Source: Escherichia phage 1-6bf. From it: a stretch of 64,000 nt of DNA. The stretch is from sequence record OR983334.1. One strand, given 5' to 3'. The translations under genes and the position numbers were made by a program. Positions 10,401 to 19,397 of this stretch are shown here, piece by piece. Each line of letters begins with the position of its first letter. The stretch's first letter is position 1. Under the pieces are notes generated by a model that did no database searches, was not told the origin of the DNA, and worked only from the letters and a program-made list of their open reading frames with translations.

Positions 10401-11081
10401 AATAACAGGACCAGTACGACCATTGAAACTAACAACTGCTGGAACAAGCTTAGCAATCTCACTCATTGGAGTTCGATACAAACCACCATTGTCTTTGTCC
10501 ACAAAGAACCCATAATCATCAGCTACAGGAGTGCTTATAGCTACATCCCCAATATCAGAGATTGTACCATCTGTTCCATCTTTACCGGGCTGGCCTTCAG
10601 GGATACCAAAGGAGAAAACACCTGTACTATTATCAAAACTCCCAGTTGCGGGTGCTCCCGGAGGAAGGGTTGTGGCAACAACCGACATATTAGAAACCTT
10701 ATCTAATTGAGTAAGAACATCTTGCACTGCTTGGTTGGCTCGATCTGTTGCTGCATTAGCTTCGCCAATAGCAGTATTAGTGTTGTCAACAGCTTCGACC
10801 GTTTGCTGAATAAGACCAAGAAGCATTTGGTTTTGGTTTTCAAAATCAAATTTGAGTTGTTCAATATCTTCTTTTAATAAACTACCTTCTGCATAGAGTC
10901 TTTCTACTTCCTTAAGAATTTCATCAATGCTGTTGTAGTTCTTTTGAGAAAGCATCGCCCAATACTTGGAATCAGCTGCGTATTCAGCTGCTGATTTGTA
11001 AGCACCGATAGAGCCTTCTGTAGCACCAAACTGACCTACATTATTAACTGCATTAGGTGCTGAGTTGTTGTAACTGATCAT
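7485..11081 (-). CDS. Tail fiber with internal QGGTGA repeats and C-terminal S74-type intramolecular chaperone domain (1198 aa)
   Basis: Four copies of QGGTGA..AA.AR.NL; C-terminal ..THYGFIAQEVKDLVDKLGISDFGGYVEGEDGKLGLRYGE resembles the auto-cleaving chaperone domain of phage fibers. Confidence 0.6.
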   Translation of the reverse strand: MISYNNSAPNAVNNVGQFGATEGSIGAYKSAAEYAADSKYWAMLSQKNYNSIDEILKEVERLYAEGSLLKEDIEQLKFDFENQNQMLLGLIQQTVEAVDNTNTAIGEANAATDRANQAVQDVLTQLDKVSNMSVVATTLPPGAPATGSFDNSTGVFSFGIPEGQPGKDGTDGTISDIGDVAISTPVADDYGFFVDKDNGGLYRTPMSEIAKLVPAVVSFNGRTGPVIPAAGDYTVSQVTGAAASGVNNDINQIRGLTTALSVAQGGTGAKDAANARINLSVDRLTQLTSGETQLRNGTGSAFLYVNKDGDTWGCYSSTGTGPIALKVNQGGTGARDAAGARTNLGLGPISTLDTVPIVNGGTGATTVVSARENLGVNRVIQGGSYSDFLTANGSNRLRIQDNGAWGSSTGTGWIPLGVGQGGTGATTADAARMSLVAAKSGANSDITSMTNKVTFTQSPVIPDAVANNEPVALGQLSTETALLETKINEAKDAAAAANTNADSRVPTAQLSNTSNVAQGDALIGVKAPFAGAAARTQHDINAQFSSILDFLGDKYNGTTDAASSFISANTLLPKSREIIVPSGTYLLNSNVECYGRRFVFEEPVTFTGAGKFYGAIVNRIMSDGTTKVSQWAKPGTTERMTTSAVFGDNGVTSTGIQIGGAVPYNGADGIRMFTDGSSGWLGVRASKWPHPTEMAIYPSSKSGSCQTISGSNAVKILSGASITSEAIGKPIAIYDALYTVASVTADGFTVKNINGSPVTWGSNATHSYSLCYYHGSGVCSVSGTTVTRISGDPFVIPDASVPQTMTINGVDYRVVAFTDPQHVTLSSAPGDSASTEYKFWGTVNNLNSALRVHRINDAGFEENISLIANNSGYYALHAAASNPANEQYPLYIGSGWEDNGQMRRSIISAANGDVTLGGNYGNGPLYVPYSQTSNPQIMLDNRNGNATVTVSGGSTPDASLTIKSKGAGKVVFHSEVGVNAAMYPYVDNIYSCGKSGNRWSQIWSSNATIQTSDGTTKTEVQGSNLSTDFILGLNPVSYKNIVGGNIVEEIEDGVEEIERQVVEKVVSTEEVHERVVDGDEVYYVRKFVDKEVERPVFHEVDLRDELGNVIGTIKTPLMEKVTVPKTRQVITEVPGKRTHYGFIAQEVKDLVDKLGISDFGGYVEGEDGKLGLRYGEFISPIVSCLQDIIKRLELLEKK

Positions 11082-11090
11082 AAAATCTCC

Positions 11091-11840
11091 TTATACTCTA
11101 GAGGTACGTATTCCATAAATATCTGGCAGGCTACTCTGAAGTCTGGTCATGTTGTTGGGTATCGCAATAGGAGAACCTGAGTACTCCTGTTTCTTATCTT
11201 GCTCAACCATCTCATCAAGAATAGCCTTACCTAACGCAGACCATTTTTGAACACCGTTATCATCCTGAACAAAAAGACATGCATGCCTAAGGGTAAAGTA
11301 TAGAAGAAGTTCTGGAGCAATCGTAAGTATTGCACTAGTATCTTCGTCTGCGTGAAACTCCGGAGGATCTGCATAATAGCTTAGAATTACAGAGTTCTCT
11401 GCTGGAATAGCAGGACTTCCATCTTCAGGGTAAACAGGGGTATCAGCATCAATCAGTGGATAGAACAAGAAACGACTTCCGAAACGAGCAAAATTAACAG
11501 GTTGATTATTCCAGTGAGAGGGGTTAATTGTGCCATGCTGTTTACGATAGCTTATCTCTTCTGGGGAAGTTACTTGGAATATTGCTCCATCTTTAGCTCT
11601 CATTATCCATTGAGCTTGCAAGTAGTCCGGTGGGATGAATGCTATACCATTCTTGATACTCAGATACACTTCCTTTTCCAGAGGAGGGATACGTAAGTTG
11701 CGATAAATCTCTTTCTCTGCAAAATTAATAAAGTTTGGAATTTGATTAACAAATTCGTCATCGTCCCTATCTGCCCAGAGGGCCACGGCTTTCTTTAGCC
11801 ACCCATAGGTATTGATGGGATATTGGACGTCAGGCATCAT
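11091..11840 (-). CDS. Virion structural protein (adaptor or tail tubular candidate)
   Basis: ORF track; position between capsid block and tail fiber; no motif recognised. Confidence 0.3.
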   Translation of the reverse strand: MMPDVQYPINTYGWLKKAVALWADRDDDEFVNQIPNFINFAEKEIYRNLRIPPLEKEVYLSIKNGIAFIPPDYLQAQWIMRAKDGAIFQVTSPEEISYRKQHGTINPSHWNNQPVNFARFGSRFLFYPLIDADTPVYPEDGSPAIPAENSVILSYYADPPEFHADEDTSAILTIAPELLLYFTLRHACLFVQDDNGVQKWSALGKAILDEMVEQDKKQEYSGSPIAIPNNMTRLQSSLPDIYGIRTSRV

Positions 11841-12342
11841 AATAAACCTCCTTCCAGTTTACGCCTTTAGTAATGAGAGATATTGTGCTTTTAGAGACCC
11901 CAAACTTTCTAGCTAAGGCTCTAGCTCCAAACTCTCTATCTCTCGGTTTGTAGTTCTCCAAACAAAAGAGAACTTGCTCTTTAGTGAGTTTGGAATTAGG
12001 GTTATCCTCAAGACTCCTAGGTGTTGAGAGGCCTGTTTCAAAAGCATGTGTACAATTTTCTTGTTGAGTACACCACTCTAGATTCTCAATCCTGTTATCG
12101 TCTTTTATTCCATTCTTATGGTTGACACAGTCCTTCCCTTCTACCTTAGGAAGAAAGAGTTCAGCTATGACCCTATGCTCTAAATATGATTTCTTTTTAA
12201 AAGTCACTTTACGATAACCTCTGTCGCCAATACACCCGGCACGTTGTCCTTTCTGCTTATTAAAGATGTTACTCATAGACCAGAAAAGATGCCCTGTATT
12301 TGGATCATAGGTAAAAGCTTCTCTGAAATCTGGCATTGCCAT
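11830..12342 (-). CDS. HNH homing endonuclease
   Basis: CVNHKNGIKDDNRIENLEWCTQQEN HNH motif plus C-terminal HTH-like segment. Confidence 0.75.
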   Translation of the reverse strand: MAMPDFREAFTYDPNTGHLFWSMSNIFNKQKGQRAGCIGDRGYRKVTFKKKSYLEHRVIAELFLPKVEGKDCVNHKNGIKDDNRIENLEWCTQQENCTHAFETGLSTPRSLEDNPNSKLTKEQVLFCLENYKPRDREFGARALARKFGVSKSTISLITKGVNWKEVYYDA

Positions 12343-12410
12343 AGGTTGTCCTCCTTGTTATATGTAGACAAAGAATATACATTACACACTAGCTTGTATA
12401 GGTCTTAAAA

Positions 12411-12438
12411 CGAAAAAACCCCGCCCGAAGGCAGGGTC
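12411..12438 (-). terminator. Rho-independent terminator downstream of capsid gene
   Basis: Minus-strand ACCCTGCCTTCGGGCGGGG hairpin followed by TTTTTTCG. Confidence 0.5.
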
Positions 12439-12443
12439 TAGTT

Positions 12444-12987
12444 TTAAGCAGGTGTTACACCAGTAAAAGTGCATGTTGCATTGATGGACGGGTCAGCTGT
12501 CAAACTTGCTTGAACAGTAACTTCGCCACTTGCAGCAGCATCTAAGGTTAACGCACCAGCGGCGCTTACTGTACCAGCTTCTATAGGAGTTACAACAAAC
12601 GTGTAATCCGCAGCAGCAGAATTAGTTACAGTAAACATGGTAGTGAAATTAGTGGAGGAACCACCAGTTTTACCCGTAATTGGACCCTTAGCTACAATAG
12701 TAGGAGCAGGAGCAACAATTTCAGAAATGGTTGCTGTACCAGAAACACCTTCTAAAGTTGCAGTAATGGATACATCAGTGGATTGAGACGCACTCGGAGC
12801 AGTATACAAACCCGACTGAGTGATAGAACCACCGCCTGTCACTGACCAAGTAAAGCCAGTTGTTTCGGTAGAACCATCACTTTTCTCCGCGCTTGCAGTG
12901 AACTGCCGAGTAGCCCCTGTCTCTAGACTTGATAAAGACGCAGGGCTAACAGTCACACTGTCTACTGTTACGCCGCCACCTTTCCCG
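12444..12987 (-). CDS. Ig-like (Big_2-type) C-terminal extension of the capsid protein, in the -1 frame
   Basis: -1 frame is open across the capsid stop codon; reads GKGGGVTVDS then an Ig-like domain (TVSPASLSSLETGATRQFTASA..). Confidence 0.5.
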
Positions 12988-14026
12988 CAGCAGTGAACAG
13001 AACGCCGGAAGCATACGGGTTGCGGTGACGCAGACCAACTTCCATTTCAATCATCCACTTCTCGTAAGAACCGTCTTTAGCCAGTTCAGTACGTTTCGGA
13101 GCACGCAGAACCATCTGAGTCCAGTCAGCGCTACGGAAGAAGTAAACTGCATCGGTAGGCATCCAACGGTTAACGATGATTTTGTAGCTCTGGCCCAGCG
13201 GGTCAGTGATGCTGTTAACTTCGTAGATGAACTGCTTGGTGTTCTCAAAGATACGCTTACGTGAACCCTGAGTATTTTCTTGCAGACCAGCGAAGATCTT
13301 AGCATGAGCTGGGTTAATCATGATGATATCTGCTTCAGAACCAGCGGTATACAGTTGCAGAGTCATATCAAAGATATCAGCTTCGTCAAAACCAATGTTA
13401 GTGGTCGGGTTAGAAGCATTCTGTGCAACTTTAACAGTTACTGCACCAGTATCTGGGTCAGCAGGACCATTCTTGGTCTTGTCAACAACACCACCAGCCA
13501 GACCGCCGTGAGCACACAGGAACTGGAATGCACCAGTCTTACGAGCTGCATGAGTGTCGTTCAGACCAACAGTTGCAGGATCAGTTGCAGAGTTAGTCAG
13601 GTACTGGTCAGCCAGAACGTCGGTACGAGCCTGACCGGATAGAAGGATTTTCTCGAGGTCACGCTTGATCTCTTTACCTTTCTTCTCCAGCTGATACATC
13701 AGTTCACGACCACGACCGTAGTTAGCGGTGGTGTTAGCAGTATCAGAAACGCGAACAACCTTACGCAGAATCTGAGTAACGTTAGATTTGATAACAGTCG
13801 GTTTCATTTCGCCGTCTTCAGCACGAGAGCCTTCGACGTGTGCGTTATTACCGTCAACGCTTGCCAGTGCATCGGTCTGCCAGCTAAAGATAGTCTGGTT
13901 AATAGACTCTTTACCGGTCATGGATACGAACGGGGTATCCTGAGGGGACAGAACAGAAATCCAGTTAGCAAAAGAAAGTTTTTTACCATTCTGGTCATAC
14001 GATACAAATAAAGTTGGATTAGCCAT
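12968..14026 (-). CDS. Major capsid protein (352 aa)
   Basis: Position after portal and scaffold, size, strong downstream terminator, frameshift-linked Ig extension. Confidence 0.6.
   Translation of the reverse strand: MANPTLFVSYDQNGKKLSFANWISVLSPQDTPFVSMTGKESINQTIFSWQTDALASVDGNNAHVEGSRAEDGEMKPTVIKSNVTQILRKVVRVSDTANTTANYGRGRELMYQLEKKGKEIKRDLEKILLSGQARTDVLADQYLTNSATDPATVGLNDTHAARKTGAFQFLCAHGGLAGGVVDKTKNGPADPDTGAVTVKVAQNASNPTTNIGFDEADIFDMTLQLYTAGSEADIIMINPAHAKIFAGLQENTQGSRKRIFENTKQFIYEVNSITDPLGQSYKIIVNRWMPTDAVYFFRSADWTQMVLRAPKRTELAKDGSYEKWMIEMEVGLRHRNPYASGVLFTAAGKVAA
12981..12987 (-). other. Candidate -1 programmed ribosomal frameshift site (slippery heptamer G_GGA_AAG)
   Basis: mRNA GCG GGA AAG GUG GCG GCG UAA; heptamer GGGAAAG fits X_XXY_YYZ, four codons before the capsid stop. 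Confidence 0.5.
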
Positions 14027-14067
14027 GTTATGTTAGCTCCTATACTATTAATAATTTAATTTGTCGA

Positions 14068-15144
14068 TTAATCTACGAGGAATTTGAATGCGTCTTCGTG
14101 ACTAACGCGACCCTCTGCGAATGCCTTGGCAACCTTAGCGTTGTCGGGCTTATTGGAAGTGCGAGACTTTGCAGCATCAGACTTCACAACCTTGCGTGGA
14201 GCACCGGGACGTTTAATCTTAGCCATCACCTGTTGCTTACCTTTATCAAATTGGTATGCTTTGTGGAGAGCTAGGAAAATAGACGGACGGTTTTCCTTCA
14301 ATACTTCTTCTTCAGTAGCACCTAAGTCAATTGCGTATTGCATTAAGTTTTGATATAAGTTTTCATCCCAATTTGGAATCTCACGTTTCAGAATATTAAC
14401 ACATTCAATACTCTTGGCTTGGAAAGCTTCCTGCTCTTTAGCTGCTGCTTCCTGCTTAATACGGACCTGAGCCTGTTCAAGCTGTTGACGGCGAGCTGTG
14501 TACTTCTCTAGGAAACGTTTGTTTTCAACATATGCTTGAGGATCTTCTACTGCAAGCTTGTCCCAATCAAAACCGTTATAATCTTCAATTACTCGGTCTG
14601 CTTCTAAAGACGCTAGTTCTAATACATCCTTCAAACCTACTACACGTTCCTCAAATGCTTCCATATGACGCTGAAGAGTAGTCTCTCGTTCCGTCATATC
14701 GGCACCAGTAAGATAGCCATTAGAAAGTTCTTCAATAGTCATCTCACGTCCGTCAGGAAGGGTGATAACGGTTTCGTAGTCTACATCAAAGACTTCACCT
14801 TCACCGTCAGCAGAATCATCTTCATATTCTGCATCGCTTGAATCTTCTTCCTCTTGCTCTTCTGCTTCAGAGGAGTCTTCTTCATCTTCTTCGACTTCGC
14901 CTTCCTCTTCACGATCTTCCCAACCATCTTCATCTTCGAACTTAAGCTCATCGCTTTCACCGAGAAGGTCGGTATCAAAGTCGAAATCGTCACCGTCTTT
15001 TTCCGGGAACTCATCGTCAATGTCCACTTCTGGTTCTTGTTCAGATTCTAATCGACCGAGTTCTTCTTTGAAAGAACCTTTCAGGTCATCCAGTTGGAGG
15101 AAAGATTTAAAATCGTTCGGGTCAATATAATTATCTTGTGGCAT
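14068..15144 (-). CDS. Scaffolding protein candidate
   Basis: Highly acidic N-terminal half and helical, charged C-terminal half; sits between portal and capsid genes. Confidence 0.45.
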   Translation of the reverse strand: MPQDNYIDPNDFKSFLQLDDLKGSFKEELGRLESEQEPEVDIDDEFPEKDGDDFDFDTDLLGESDELKFEDEDGWEDREEEGEVEEDEEDSSEAEEQEEEDSSDAEYEDDSADGEGEVFDVDYETVITLPDGREMTIEELSNGYLTGADMTERETTLQRHMEAFEERVVGLKDVLELASLEADRVIEDYNGFDWDKLAVEDPQAYVENKRFLEKYTARRQQLEQAQVRIKQEAAAKEQEAFQAKSIECVNILKREIPNWDENLYQNLMQYAIDLGATEEEVLKENRPSIFLALHKAYQFDKGKQQVMAKIKRPGAPRKVVKSDAAKSRTSNKPDNAKVAKAFAEGRVSHEDAFKFLVD

Positions 15145-15380
15145 TATGAAACATCTCCTGCACTATTGATAGCAGCTTTTATGACCTCTTTTAAGCTACC
15201 CACCATTTTATACTTTTGATAACAATCTTCGCGTTTCTTATTCTCATGAGGTTCTGTTTGAACTATCTCTGTCATGAGTCTTTCTTTCAATGCCTCTAAT
15301 GCTGCGTCAAGACTGCCGTTAAGGTTGAGAGCCGCCAAAGCGGCGGCGTGCTCTTTATTAAATTGATGTCTAATGTTCAT
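15144..15380 (-). CDS. Hypothetical protein (78 aa)
   Basis: ORF track; start overlaps scaffold gene end. Confidence 0.3.
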   Translation of the reverse strand: MNIRHQFNKEHAAALAALNLNGSLDAALEALKERLMTEIVQTEPHENKKREDCYQKYKMVGSLKEVIKAAINSAGDVS

Positions 15381-15389
15381 TCGACGTCC

Positions 15390-17633
15390 TTAGTTTTTAC
15401 TTCCAAGACGTTTGCCTGGAATCCGTGAATCTTTGAGAGAAGCTTGTTGCTCTTTCTTAGTTACATTAGCTTCTTTCTTTTGGAGTTCCAAAGTTTTATC
15501 CTGAACACGAGCTTGCTGAACAATCTTCTCTTGGTCTACCTGATGAGACATAACCATCTGCAATTCTTTCAGTACAGATTCATACTGACGGACCTGCTGT
15601 TGCATAAGAGCTAACTTGTGCTTAGCTTGTTCCAGAGTAGCATTGTTATCTTCTTTACGGTTTTCCAGAGTCATTGCATCTGCTGCATTTTCTTGCTTGA
15701 ATTGCAACTCTTCCTGACGCAGACTTAATTCATCCGCAGCTTTCTGCTGTTCGAATGTAGTACGTTCACGTTGGTCGAATGCATCAGCAATCATCTTCTG
15801 AGAAGAAGCCTGTACGTTCTCAACCTGTGCTTTAGTCATCTCGAGCTGGAGGATTTCCATCGGAGAAGGTTCTGGAGGCTGATACTGTTCCAGAGGCAGA
15901 AGGTATTTATGTGTGTCCTTAATGCCCATCAACTCAAAGATCTGTGCAGTCATGTAACGATCTTGCTCCAAACCAAAGAGAGGTGCTAACTGTGCATCTG
16001 CTGCAATCAGCTGCTTCAAGCTAATCAGTTTCTGTGCACGTTCTGCTTTCTCATTAGGAGAAATGGCTACAACAACTTGAAGGTTGTGACGAGCTGGCAA
16101 TTGTTTCGGATTTACCTGAATCATACCACGAGGGGTTTGTACCTCGATAGGAACTTCACCATTTTCTCTGATAAGATTGTAAATACCACGCATCAATTCA
16201 ACCATACCATTGTGAGCAATGTTACGACATACCATACGGAGACGGTTCTGTGCAGCATTCATCATCAAGCCTACGGTTGCATAAGCGTTATCATTCTTAA
16301 ACACATCAGGGTTGATACCCATGCCAAGTTTAGTTACACCTGTACGTGTCTCTTTAAGCTCCTCAGACATACCTAGGAGGCCATCAATACCTTGAGGTAA
16401 GTTATGGTATGGGAACAGGTCAATAGCGTCCTGACGTTCCATTTCAACCACTCCACCGGGACGGTTATCAAGCAGAGAGCGACGATCGTATGCACCAACA
16501 AGAGCTTTGTATCGACCATAGTTAGCATTGTTGACGTTATCAATATAACCACGAACTAACGCGGTACGTAAATCTTGAATATCTTTCGTAATGTCATAGA
16601 CCGATTGACCATAGAAGGAACCCGGAATCGGATACGGGCAGAAGGTTACAAACGGAATGTGAGTCACTTCTTCAGTGTGAAGGATATGCTCACCAGCTTG
16701 AATAACCTGATAGAGTTTAGACTCTTTATTCTTATCTAGAACACCAGTACGAATGTAGTGCTCATAAACCCAAACCATAGAAGCAATGTCTTCGGTATCT
16801 GTACCAATATCAGCATCAATATCCTGACGCCAGTCAGTACGAGACCAAGCAACTGTAGATTGAGTAGTGTCCATCGTGTCTGTCCAGTCGTTGAATGCTT
16901 CAATCTCATCTTTAGGGAAGCCCATGGCAACCAGATCTTCTTTAGAACGACGTACACGATGGCAGAAGTATTGTGCATCTGCAAAAGAGGTAGCATGTTC
17001 GTCAACAAAGATTTGCTCTGAAGGAACATATTCAACTTTCACACGTTTGACAGTTTGTTCGTAAGTAACTTTAACATCTACTGTACCATCTTCATTTTCT
17101 TCAGTGAAGATTTCCAGATTCTTGAGTCCACCAGCTTCTAGTCCCTGAACATATGCAGCCAATGCTTCCGGTGGTACACCTTCAGCCTCTTCAGTTTGAG
17201 TAGAAGTTTGCTCATCCCAATAATATTTGATAAAAGAGTTACGAGTAACCAGACATTCTTGTGCAGCAGAAGAGATAATATTGTATCCCGGATTATCACG
17301 CAGAAGAATTTGGTTAACTAATTTAGTTGCTACATCAGCAGCATCAGAATCCTGTTGGTTGTCAGCTACGAAAGTAACTGCTTCATCACCAGAACAGAAT
17401 ACGTTAATAATATCTTGCAATGTACCGTTAACAGATTCCCAAACAGTACGATCTACCCAACTAGAGCTGCCAGCAGTTACTGGTGCAGGTAAGTTACCAT
17501 AGAAATATTCCCAAGCTTCACGAGCATAGCCCTTAACAGCTGTGTCTACGTAGCCTTGAGCATAATTAAAACGACGTTGAAGGTCAACACGTAACTCGTC
17601 CAACACCTCTTCACTATATTTTTGCTTAGCCAT
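15390..17633 (-). CDS. Portal protein candidate (747 aa)
   Basis: Size and position immediately after terminase large subunit; C-terminal coiled-coil/charged tail. Confidence 0.5.
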   Translation of the reverse strand: MAKQKYSEEVLDELRVDLQRRFNYAQGYVDTAVKGYAREAWEYFYGNLPAPVTAGSSSWVDRTVWESVNGTLQDIINVFCSGDEAVTFVADNQQDSDAADVATKLVNQILLRDNPGYNIISSAAQECLVTRNSFIKYYWDEQTSTQTEEAEGVPPEALAAYVQGLEAGGLKNLEIFTEENEDGTVDVKVTYEQTVKRVKVEYVPSEQIFVDEHATSFADAQYFCHRVRRSKEDLVAMGFPKDEIEAFNDWTDTMDTTQSTVAWSRTDWRQDIDADIGTDTEDIASMVWVYEHYIRTGVLDKNKESKLYQVIQAGEHILHTEEVTHIPFVTFCPYPIPGSFYGQSVYDITKDIQDLRTALVRGYIDNVNNANYGRYKALVGAYDRRSLLDNRPGGVVEMERQDAIDLFPYHNLPQGIDGLLGMSEELKETRTGVTKLGMGINPDVFKNDNAYATVGLMMNAAQNRLRMVCRNIAHNGMVELMRGIYNLIRENGEVPIEVQTPRGMIQVNPKQLPARHNLQVVVAISPNEKAERAQKLISLKQLIAADAQLAPLFGLEQDRYMTAQIFELMGIKDTHKYLLPLEQYQPPEPSPMEILQLEMTKAQVENVQASSQKMIADAFDQRERTTFEQQKAADELSLRQEELQFKQENAADAMTLENRKEDNNATLEQAKHKLALMQQQVRQYESVLKELQMVMSHQVDQEKIVQQARVQDKTLELQKKEANVTKKEQQASLKDSRIPGKRLGSKN

Positions 17634-17658
17634 CGATTCTCTCCCTCGGTTGATAGCT

Positions 17659-17688
17659 TAAATAAAAGAAGGGAGGACAAACCTCCCC
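17659..17688 (-). terminator. Hairpin plus T-run between terminase and portal genes
   Basis: Minus-strand GGGAGGTTTGTCCTCCC followed by TTCTTTTATTT. Confidence 0.35.
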
Positions 17689-17694
17689 CTTACT

Positions 17695-19236
17695 TTAGTA
17701 ACTCTGATTCCATCTGCTTACGTTTGCCTCATACAGAGAAGCACTTCCGTAGCTAACATCATGTTTAGAGCGACCACGATGTGTAACAGAGCACGCTGAA
17801 TAGCGCATTGCATCCATTAAGTCATCATATTCTTTAATAATCTTACCAACCTTACGGTGATATCTAGCTTTCTCTTCGAATAGCTTAGCGTTAGCGGCTG
17901 TGTTAAAGATTTTAAAGCGTCCACTCATCATTCTTTCTCGGATATCTGTGATTCCCGGTTCTACAAAGAAGTTCTTTTTACCATCCATTCCAATTTTGTT
18001 GTAGAAGGTCTCACTCTGTACGTTAACTCCTGCATTCTTATAGAATTGAGCAACAGATGAGCCACTACCTTTCTCAATATTGTCCGCATCGTGCGGTAGG
18101 ATGACAGGAATCCACTGACCACGACCATTAATAGCTGGAGCATGATACACTGGAGTAAAGCCACCTTCTTTATATGAGTCGTAAACATAGATAGTATCCG
18201 TGTTTGCGTCGTAAGCTGTCCAAACAGCAGCAGTTGGGTGATCAATACCAATATCAATTGCACAGACACGTTTCCACGTATCGGGAATTTCGAATGGCTC
18301 ACATTTAATTGTGTCATCCGATACATCATATATCAAACCACTTCCTAACAATGGCATACCTTTCGAACGCATTTCTAATTGCCACGCTGGAATACCTTCA
18401 GTCATATCTTTTATATCTTGGTCAGTGATATGTCCACCTAGGTCTACATGAGCATCCCACCAAGAAGCATTCTGGAAATATAGAGAACCTGTGTTCTCAT
18501 CCCCTTCACCTTTCATAAATTTATCTACCAGTTCCGTTAAACCGTTCTCTGGTGTAGCTGTAATTGTAACTAGACCTTTAGTTGTGAGTGTACGTGTGAC
18601 GCACTGTGCGAATATAGCCATAGACTCGTATGGATCTTCTTCGTCTAACCAAATGTAGTCAACTGTCGCACCCATCAATGTGTGTTCACCCTGTTGGGTT
18701 GAACGGAATTCTAATGTACTTAAACCGTCAAACTCTCCTCTTTCATTTTGATGTTTGATTTGTACGATTTGAAGTTTGTTACCATCTCGTTCTATCGTGT
18801 CAATGACGATAGCATCACGAGGAATGACACCTGTCCCTAATAAGTTTGTATCCTTTCCGATAGGTGTACCAAACAATTCCTTTTGCAATACTTTCCTTGT
18901 GGAATCCCCTGTAATACCAACTGCCCATGCTAAGATAGGTCTTTTAAATTTATATCCTGTCCACCAAGTTGGGTAGCGACCTGTGACATGACAAGCAAAC
19001 TCGTATGCCTCGCTGTAAGATTTACCAACACGGTTCGCTGCACACAAGAATCTAAAGCGATGCTTCAATCCTGCTGCATAAAATTTCTTTTGGAAGTCGT
19101 ACGCCTTGAAAGACAAAATCCTATTATACTTCCTCCATTGGTCACGCTCTTTCAACATATTCAATAGTGCTTTCTTTTCGTCTACACTAAGGTTGTTACC
19201 AGTTAGAGCTTCATAAATTTGTTTATCTAATGACAT
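17695..19236 (-). CDS. Terminase large subunit
   Basis: Walker A-like CAANRVGKS, Walker B-like YIWLDEED, C-terminal acidic nuclease-like region AIDIGIDHP. Confidence 0.65.
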   Translation of the reverse strand: MSLDKQIYEALTGNNLSVDEKKALLNMLKERDQWRKYNRILSFKAYDFQKKFYAAGLKHRFRFLCAANRVGKSYSEAYEFACHVTGRYPTWWTGYKFKRPILAWAVGITGDSTRKVLQKELFGTPIGKDTNLLGTGVIPRDAIVIDTIERDGNKLQIVQIKHQNERGEFDGLSTLEFRSTQQGEHTLMGATVDYIWLDEEDPYESMAIFAQCVTRTLTTKGLVTITATPENGLTELVDKFMKGEGDENTGSLYFQNASWWDAHVDLGGHITDQDIKDMTEGIPAWQLEMRSKGMPLLGSGLIYDVSDDTIKCEPFEIPDTWKRVCAIDIGIDHPTAAVWTAYDANTDTIYVYDSYKEGGFTPVYHAPAINGRGQWIPVILPHDADNIEKGSGSSVAQFYKNAGVNVQSETFYNKIGMDGKKNFFVEPGITDIRERMMSGRFKIFNTAANAKLFEEKARYHRKVGKIIKEYDDLMDAMRYSACSVTHRGRSKHDVSYGSASLYEANVSRWNQSY

Positions 19237-19397
19237 ACTTCCTCCAGTTTAAAAATAGAAAAGGGAAAGTCCCTTCGTCAAAGAACCTCCCCTCTCCACT
19301 ACAAGGGTACACTGCAAAAGAACATCGTGGCAATAAAACTATAACAATCCTCAGATTATTAATCAGATGATCTTCGACAGCTCCCTGTTTCCTTTAC

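Noticed and set aside
12444-12956. Ig-like ORF as an independent head-decoration gene
   Set aside because: It has no RBS or ATG of its own (only an internal GTG), its frame is open back across the capsid stop codon, and a canonical slippery heptamer lies at the junction; a frameshift fusion explains this better.
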